A stretch of 8,584 nt of DNA from positions 1 through 8,584 of the forward strand of contig JAQVDW010000047.1 of NCBI GenBank assembly GCA_028698185.1. The letters run 5' to 3'. Within the stretch, counting starts at the first letter, position 1. Each line of letters starts with the position of its first letter. Made by a program: the position numbers and the translations under genes. Positions 1 through 4,699 of this stretch are shown here, piece by piece. Source of the stretch: Erysipelotrichaceae bacterium (GTDB lineage Bacteria; Bacillota_I; Bacilli_A; Erysipelotrichales; Coprobacillaceae). The notes under the pieces are model-generated. The model had not been told where the DNA came from and ran no database searches. It saw nothing but the letters and a program-made list of their open reading frames with translations.

Positions 1-10
1 CCTCATATAC

Positions 11-19
11 ATTATATCA
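11..19 (-). promoter_or_regulatory. Possible extended -10 promoter (TGaTATAAT) firing leftward out of the window
   Basis: The reverse complement of 11-19 reads TGATATAAT. The reverse complement of 1-4 reads GAGG, a possible RBS for a minus-strand gene starting beyond the left edge. The best -35 candidate is poor (TCGTAC). Confidence 0.3.
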
Positions 20-61
20 CAAAGTACCCGATAGTACGAATACAAATTTAATGAAATTTGA

Positions 62-88
62 CAAAAAAAGCGCCTATTTTAGGGCGTT
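62..88 (-). terminator. Weak hairpin plus T7 tract; possible orphan minus-strand terminator
   Basis: CGCC (71-74) pairs with GGCG (83-86). On the minus strand this is followed by TTTTTTT (complement of 63-69). The stem is only 4 solid GC pairs on that strand. The + strand stem gains G-U pairs but has no U-tract. There is no minus-strand gene to its right that it could terminate. Confidence 0.3.
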
Positions 89-136
89 ACAGAGTTTATA
101 TAGTTATGCAAGTGTAAAACGTCCGATTTCAAGGAT

Positions 137-379
137 TTGATAGTAACCGTACCGGGATTTGTGAACGATGCGACCATCGAAACAACAGGAGCCGGTGATA
201 CTTTTTGCGGAACAGTCCTCGATTTTGTTTTGAAAGTTGGTCTGGATAACTTTGATGCTAAATCTCTTCATGAAATGCTGCTATATGCCAATGCGGCGGC
301 ATCAATAATTACAACTAGGAAAGGAGCTTTGATGGTAATGCCGACTCGCTCGGAAATTGAAGCTTTGATTAACAGCTAA
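137..379 (+). pseudogene. 5'-truncated PfkB-family carbohydrate kinase (fructokinase-like), C-terminal ~80 codons only
   Basis: The translation contains the PfkB signature TTGAGDTF followed by ANAAASIITTRKGA...MP, which in ~300-aa PfkB kinases lies in the last ~75 residues. An in-frame TAG sits at 101-103. The other frames of 1-136 are AT-rich with stops or show no kinase similarity. The only start is a TTG at 137, with AAGGA just 1 nt upstream, which is poor spacing. Confidence 0.7.
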
Positions 380-402
380 CACCTCTTTTTCGGGGTGTTT
401 TT
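379..402 (+). terminator. Rho-independent terminator after the kinase remnant
   Basis: Stem ACACCTC (379-385) pairs with GGGGTGT (392-398), 7 bp including one G-U. The loop is TTTTTC, followed by TTTTCCTTT. It overlaps the TAA stop. Confidence 0.75.
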
Positions 403-435
403 CCTTTGCTTATGGGAATTAATTCCATCAATGGG

Positions 436-464
436 TGGCAATTATACTGAAAAATTAGTATAAT
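436..464 (+). promoter_or_regulatory. Candidate promoter of the asparaginase operon
   Basis: Perfect -10 TATAAT at 459-464. With a 17-nt spacer the -35 is a weak TGGCAA at 436-441. The -10 lies inside the inverted repeat TATACT-N8-AGTATA (443-462). It would give a ~145-nt leader before the ATG at 616. Confidence 0.4.
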
Positions 465-615
465 ATTACTTAATAGACGGGTAATGATCCGATGTTGTTT
501 TAATTGGATTCCAATGAGTCTGAAGTTAACAATCAGTTCAAAGCGCATAATGACGTCTAAATAGGAATTTGCCAATACGGCTTGGCGGCTTGTAACAAGG
601 GAAGGGTTTGAAGTA

Positions 616-1596
616 ATGAAAAAAATAATGGTTATAGCAACCGGGGGAACAATAGTGGGAACCGGAGCTATTGGAAAATCAAAATTATATGAGGCGGGAC
701 AAATAGATATAGACCAGATCATCGGTACCATCGGGAATGTAAACGATTTGGCAAGAGTTGAGGCTATACAGCTGTTCAATGTCGACAGCAACGATCTGTC
801 ACTCGATAATTGGATTGAGCTAAAAAATGTGGTCAATGAAGTGGCATCAAGACCCGATATCAACGGGATTGTCATCACTCATGGCACCGACACTTTGGAT
901 GAAACGGCATTTTTCTTGAATCTGGTATGCGAGACATCCAAACCGGTTGTGATAACCGGGGCAATGCGCCCGGCTACAGCAACCAGTCCGGACGGCCCGA
1001 TGAATCTTTACCAGGCGATCGCCTTGGCTAGCTCCGATCAGGCAATCGGAATGGGGGTCGTTGCGGTTTTCTCGAACACAATCTATTCTTCACGTGACAT
1101 CCAAAAGGAAAACAACTTCAAGACGGATGCTTTTTCAAAAAGGGACTTTGGCTGCCTGGGATATATGCTCGACGAGAAACCTTACCTATTTTCAAAAACG
1201 TACAAGCGTCACACTTACACATCTGAGTTTCCACGACTGCGGCTGGATAAACTTCCCAAGGTGGGAATCAGTTATTTTTATGTCGGTGCTCCGGCAGATG
1301 ATTTGGTCAAGATTGCCCAGAATAAGGACGGCATGGTAATCGTTGGCAGCGGAACTGGAAACTATTCAAAGGAGTGGATCGTCGCCATTGAAGATCTGAT
1401 CGGACAGGGCAAGGTCATTGTCAGGGCTTCACGTGTAAACAACGGCATGGTCTTTGAAAACATCCATTTCGATCCAAGCAATCGCTCCATCAGTGCTAAT
1501 ACTCTGACCGGACCAAAGGCAAGGGTTTTGTTGATGCTGGCATTGAGTCTGACCCGGGATATCGATGAAATAAAAAGAATTTTTGGAGAATATTGA
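616..1596 (+). CDS. ansB: L-asparaginase, type II family, no signal peptide
   Basis: 326-aa ORF with the N-terminal nucleophile motif VIATGGTI, a second Thr motif HGTDTLDETA, and GAMRPATATSPDGPMNLYQAI (compare E. coli AnsB GAMRPSTSMSADGPFNLYNAV). RBS GGGAAGGG lies ~9 nt upstream. There is no start codon between the in-frame TAG at 562-564 and ATG 616, so the start is fixed. Confidence 0.93.
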   Translation: MKKIMVIATGGTIVGTGAIGKSKLYEAGQIDIDQIIGTIGNVNDLARVEAIQLFNVDSNDLSLDNWIELKNVVNEVASRPDINGIVITHGTDTLDETAFFLNLVCETSKPVVITGAMRPATATSPDGPMNLYQAIALASSDQAIGMGVVAVFSNTIYSSRDIQKENNFKTDAFSKRDFGCLGYMLDEKPYLFSKTYKRHTYTSEFPRLRLDKLPKVGISYFYVGAPADDLVKIAQNKDGMVIVGSGTGNYSKEWIVAIEDLIGQGKVIVRASRVNNGMVFENIHFDPSNRSISANTLTGPKARVLLMLALSLTRDIDEIKRIFGEY

Positions 1597-1597
1597 T

Positions 1598-2617
1598 ATG
1601 CTAAAAATATCCGACATCGAATCAGTTGTGCTTTTGTCATTGACAATAGAGTGCCGTGATTTTGAATATCCGCCTCTTGGCTACCGGGAATATTTGACTT
1701 TGGAAAGGGATTTGCGGATTTTTGGCTTCTCTGGCATCAATGATTTGATGAGATATGAAAGTACTGAAATAATTGGACGATTGAGCGTGGCTGAGGAATT
1801 GGTGGTCAAAGCTAAAAACCGTTTGCTTGAAATCGGCGTCTTGTTGAAATATCTGGATGGTTTGGCAATCAACGGGATATATGTGATTACTAAATTCGAC
1901 AAAGGGTTTCCGAGCTTTTTAAAACAGAAATCCAAAGACAAATCATCTTTTTATCTTTACTATTCCGGTTCTTTGGATAATTTGTCAAAGGGCGTCCGTC
2001 TGTCGGGTTTGGCCAATATGGAGTTTGAAGAGAAAGAACTTATCGAGCGGTTGATAATGAAGATCAAGAAGGAAAACAAATCTTATGTCAGTATCGGTGA
2101 AAAAGGGATCGACATGGCAGGTCTAGAACTCGCTTTGAAGCACAATGTCAATATAGTCCTTATAGCCTACCGGGATTATTTTAGGTTACTGGACGGATAC
2201 CGCGAGTATGTAAAAAATAAAAAGATGATCGTCGTATCGCAGTTTGAACCGGATTCTAAATATGATCCGACCAATGAGATTGTCAGCGATGGTCTTTCGT
2301 CACGTTTTTGTGACTTCCGGATAATTCTCTCATGCAAGCCAAACAGCGGTCTGACATGGTTCAATGCGATCCAGAATCTTACGTACAAATGGACCCGCAT
2401 TTTTGTAGTCAACAACAGATCCCTGGGAAACCAAAAATTGTTGGCATATGACTATGTTAAACTCAATCCGGCTGATTGCGAAAGCGAATTTAGTTTCGAA
2501 TATCTGTATGAGAAAAATCGCAGATTATGCATTGTCGATATTGAAGAATTCACTCAAATGTCAATATTTGATTTCATTCCAGGAGGAAATGAAGATGAAC
2601 AGATTGTTACAGTCTAA
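1598..2617 (+). CDS. Divergent DprA/Smf-like protein (SLOG-type Rossmannoid fold) with degraded canonical motifs; function uncertain
   Basis: Long ORF with codon style like its neighbours. ATG 1598 has GGAG 10 nt upstream and sits 1 nt after the asparaginase TGA. The track's TTG at 1583 is less likely as a start. Blocks occur in DprA order and spacing: NGIYVITKFDKGFPSFL, FYLYYSGSLDNL, SIGEKGIDMAGLELAL, IVVSQFEPDSKYDP, NSGLTWFNAIQ...RIFVV. The alignment was done by eye only. Confidence 0.75.
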   Translation: MLKISDIESVVLLSLTIECRDFEYPPLGYREYLTLERDLRIFGFSGINDLMRYESTEIIGRLSVAEELVVKAKNRLLEIGVLLKYLDGLAINGIYVITKFDKGFPSFLKQKSKDKSSFYLYYSGSLDNLSKGVRLSGLANMEFEEKELIERLIMKIKKENKSYVSIGEKGIDMAGLELALKHNVNIVLIAYRDYFRLLDGYREYVKNKKMIVVSQFEPDSKYDPTNEIVSDGLSSRFCDFRIILSCKPNSGLTWFNAIQNLTYKWTRIFVVNNRSLGNQKLLAYDYVKLNPADCESEFSFEYLYEKNRRLCIVDIEEFTQMSIFDFIPGGNEDEQIVTV

Positions 2618-3206
2618 AATAACGGCGGGCTTGATTCTGGTTTGTTTTGTTGTCTATCTTTACACCACTCTAAGATACGGCATGACAATGAGTGCCATCG
2701 AAGGGATTCAAGCCGGGGGATTCAATCCGATTTATGTGGTATTCTATCATCAGTATTACCGCCTGTTTACAGCAAATTTCATTCATTTTGGAATTTTCCA
2801 TCTCCTTGCGAATTGTTACTCGCTTTATGCATTTGGAATGTTCTTGGAATATGTGATCCGGTTCAAGAGGTTTCTTTTGCTGACGGTTTTCAGCCTGTTT
2901 TTTACAACATCAATACCTCTGATAATATATTTCATAAACGGATTTGGAGCCAATACAGTACTGGGGGGAATCAGCGGGGTCATTTTTTCTTATCTAGGAG
3001 CATTTACCTATATCAGCTTCAAATACAAGGAAATCTTCAAAAGGATATTCAATCAGCTTATACCGATATTGTTTTTGAACTTGTTCATATCAATCTCGGT
3101 TCCGTCGATTTCCCTGGTTGGTCACCTTGGCGGCTATATCGGAGGAATAATAATCATGTTTTGTCTTGAATATTTTTATCCCCTTTACAATAAAGGGTTG
3201 AACTAG
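2595..3206 (+). CDS. Rhomboid-family intramembrane serine protease (short, ~6 TM)
   Basis: HFGIFHLLAN matches the HxxxxHxxxN motif of GlpG. GGISGVIFSYLG carries the GxSG catalytic Ser, and HLGGYIGG carries the catalytic His in HxxGxxxG. The protein is strongly hydrophobic. AGGAGG at 2581-2586 lies 8 nt before ATG 2595; the in-frame ATG at 2589 is too close to it, and the 2448 extension lies inside the upstream gene. Confidence 0.88.
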   Translation: MNRLLQSKITAGLILVCFVVYLYTTLRYGMTMSAIEGIQAGGFNPIYVVFYHQYYRLFTANFIHFGIFHLLANCYSLYAFGMFLEYVIRFKRFLLLTVFSLFFTTSIPLIIYFINGFGANTVLGGISGVIFSYLGAFTYISFKYKEIFKRIFNQLIPILFLNLFISISVPSISLVGHLGGYIGGIIIMFCLEYFYPLYNKGLN

Positions 3207-3222
3207 AAAGTTGGAGGAAGTT

Positions 3223-4119
3223 ATGAAAAAAAGAGTAAGAAAAGCGATAATACCGGCCGCAGGGCTGGGGACCCGTTTTTTACCGGCCACAAAGGCCCTG
3301 GCAAAAGAGATGTTGCCCATTGTCGACATCCCAACAATCCAGTACATTGTTGAAGAGGCAGTCAAAAGCGGCATCGAGGAGATTTTGATCATCACCAACA
3401 GCAATAAACACGCGATGGAAAATCATTTTGACCGCAATTATGAGCTTGAAGAAAGGCTTAAACAAAGCGGCAAGAACAATGAGGTCAAAATGATAACGGA
3501 TATCGCCGATATGGCTAACATATACTATATTCGCCAAAAAGAGCCTAAAGGGCTGGGGCATGCGGTTCTTTGTGCGAAATCATTTATCGGTGACGAACCT
3601 TTTGCGGTCCTGCTTGGAGATGATGTGGTGGTCAATCATGCAAAACCGGCATTGAAACAGCTGATTGATGCTTATGAGCAAACTGAGGCGTCTGTGGTCG
3701 GTGTCCAAAAGGTGGACCGCAAACTTGTCAACAAATACGGGATAGTTGAGCCATCGCTTTCACATATAGCCAAAGGGCGCCTGGTTAAGCTGGCCGGAAT
3801 CGTAGAAAAACCGGACGTCGACAAAGCTCCTAGTGACATGGCTGTGCTTGGCCGCTACGTTTTAAATCCGGAAATATTCGACCTTCTCGAAACCCAACAG
3901 GCCGGAGCAGGAAATGAAATCCAGCTTACCGACGCAATCATGCGTTTGATGGACCGTCAGGCAGTGTATGCATATGATTTCGAGGGTGTCAGATACGATG
4001 TTGGCGACAAGTTTGGGTTCATAAAAGCTACCATTGATTTTGCCTTGGATCGGGACAATCTCAGGGACCAGGTCAAAGAGTACATAATTGAAAAGGCAAA
4101 GGAACTTTATGAAGATTAA
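3223..4119 (+). CDS. galU: UTP--glucose-1-phosphate uridylyltransferase
   Basis: N-terminal KAIIPAAGLGTRFLPATKALAKEMLPI matches the GxGTRxLPxTK nucleotidyltransferase signature. Also present are KGLGHAV, VLLGDD and VEKP blocks typical of GalU/GtaB. GGAGG at 3213-3217 precedes ATG 3223. Confidence 0.95.
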   Translation: MKKRVRKAIIPAAGLGTRFLPATKALAKEMLPIVDIPTIQYIVEEAVKSGIEEILIITNSNKHAMENHFDRNYELEERLKQSGKNNEVKMITDIADMANIYYIRQKEPKGLGHAVLCAKSFIGDEPFAVLLGDDVVVNHAKPALKQLIDAYEQTEASVVGVQKVDRKLVNKYGIVEPSLSHIAKGRLVKLAGIVEKPDVDKAPSDMAVLGRYVLNPEIFDLLETQQAGAGNEIQLTDAIMRLMDRQAVYAYDFEGVRYDVGDKFGFIKATIDFALDRDNLRDQVKEYIIEKAKELYED

Positions 4120-4591
4120 CGATAAATTGAAACAGATAAAACAACGAAATGAAGCTAGGGCTTATTTCAACAAAAACAACAGCTTCCGTTTTTCGCTCAA
4201 AGATTACATTGTGTCTTTTTTGATAACTTTTTTTGTGGGTGCGGTCGGCCTTGTTGTGATTTTGAATATAACAAGCGTCTTAAGTGTCAATTTCAGTTTT
4301 TTCTATATTTTGCTGGGATATCTTGGTGCCAAGGCGGTTATTCGCTACAAGGGCAATGGCGGTGACGATATTGCGGGTGTCGATGGTGCATTAGGTTTGT
4401 TTTTTGGGATGATTGTGGGGTATGGTATATACCTAGGGTCAGTTATTGCTTCCATGTTCGGAGCGAGTGTGTTTTTTGATATTTCCTTGTATCTCCAAGG
4501 GTTCCAATATCTTTATACCGCCAACTTGGTGCAGGCGATATTCAGTCTCCTAGGAATTTTTACAACTTACTATTTTATCCGTAACAATTAA
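4109..4591 (+). CDS. Hypothetical small integral membrane protein (~4 TM), family not recognised
   Basis: 160-aa ORF. ATG 4109 overlaps the galU stop by 11 nt, with AAGGA ~6 nt upstream. It has a basic N-terminus and four hydrophobic segments (IVSFLITFFVGAVGLVVIL, FFYILLGYLGAKAV, ALGLFFGMIVGYGIYLGSVIASMF, LVQAIFSLLGIFTTYYF). An acidic Gly-rich loop KGNGGDDIAGVDG is present. Confidence 0.7.
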   Translation: MKINDKLKQIKQRNEARAYFNKNNSFRFSLKDYIVSFLITFFVGAVGLVVILNITSVLSVNFSFFYILLGYLGAKAVIRYKGNGGDDIAGVDGALGLFFGMIVGYGIYLGSVIASMFGASVFFDISLYLQGFQYLYTANLVQAIFSLLGIFTTYYFIRNN

Positions 4592-4638
4592 AAAAGTAAT
4601 GTATTAGTAACTGACATTTGTTCTTTAAAAGCACACGG

Positions 4639-4670
4639 AAAAGTAGTATACTTAAAAAGTAGTATAATTA
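4639..4670 (+). repeat. 16-nt tandem duplication (15/16 identical) in the nifJ promoter region
   Basis: AAAAGTAGTATACTTA (4639-4654) is followed directly by AAAAGTAGTATAATTA (4655-4670). The single difference is C4651 versus A4667. Confidence 0.9.
4647..4668 (+). promoter_or_regulatory. nifJ promoter core: two -10-like boxes (TATACT, TATAAT) within a TATACT-N8-AGTATA inverted repeat
   Basis: TATAAT at 4663-4668 sits ~31 nt before the ATG, with RBS AAGAGGAGGA at 4681-4690 in between. TATACT at 4647-4652 has a possible -35 TTTAAA at 4624-4629 with a 17-nt spacer. No good -35 exists for the TATAAT box. Confidence 0.45.
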
Positions 4671-4699
4671 ATTGGTAAGAAAGAGGAGGAAATAGCAAA

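Noticed and set aside
432-450. GGGTGGCA resembling a T-box core, and TGGCAA-N5-CTGAA resembling a sigma-54 -24/-12 promoter
   Set aside because: The GGGTGG lies downstream of the terminator, not within an antiterminator, and there is no specifier or AGAGA element. The sigma-54 -12 position reads GA instead of the essential GC.
415-515. Palindromes GGAATTAATTCC (415-426) and ATTGGA-T-TCCAAT (503-515), plus small hairpins at 571-586 and 589-599, upstream of the asparaginase gene
   Set aside because: Palindromes with 6-bp arms are expected about twice by chance in 8.5 kb. Nothing else supports them as operators, though they are worth rechecking if a TSS is mapped.
484-564. 26-codon ORF (MIRCCFNWIPMSLKLTISSKRIMTSK) in the asparaginase leader as a possible leader peptide
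   Set aside because: It has no convincing RBS, no run of regulatory codons (Asn/Asp), and no alternative terminator/antiterminator structure downstream.
369-878. 169-aa minus-strand ORF spanning the intergenic region and the 5' end of the asparaginase gene
   Set aside because: It is antisense to a well-supported CDS, and its low-complexity Ser/Ile/Leu-rich translation is typical of a shadow ORF. It has no RBS and runs through the kinase terminator.
1594-1596. Possibility of a Mollicutes-type genetic code (TGA = Trp), given the low GC content and the PFOR/Erysipelotrichia-like flavour
   Set aside because: TGA ends the asparaginase gene exactly where the family ends (…IFGEY). All long CDSs are open under the standard code, with Trp encoded by TGG.
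2448-2594. Long upstream extensions of track ORFs (rhomboid from 2448, galU from TTG 3211, membrane protein from TTG 4088, DprA-like from TTG 1583)
   Set aside because: Each extension lies inside the preceding gene. In every case a downstream ATG has a properly spaced Shine-Dalgarno sequence: AGGAGG for 2595, GGAGG for 3223, AAGGA for 4109 and GGAG for 1598.
2642-3169. 175-aa plus-strand ORF in an alternative frame inside the rhomboid gene
   Set aside because: It is fully nested in a CDS with clear rhomboid catalytic motifs. Its translation is Cys/His/Ser/Arg-rich with no recognisable domain. The same reasoning applies to the other nested track ORFs (1061-1339, 1362-1646, 1429-1617, 1681-1941, 2176-2415, 3090-3404, 3280-3561, 5282-5611, 5763-6140, 6206-6412, 6951-7214, 7704-7904, 7885-8079).
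4598-4625. Possible terminator after the 4-TM gene (AATGT...ACATT followed by TGTTCTTT)
   Set aside because: It has a 5-bp AT-rich stem with an 11-nt loop and an interrupted T-tract, which is too weak to call. Read-through into nifJ cannot be excluded.
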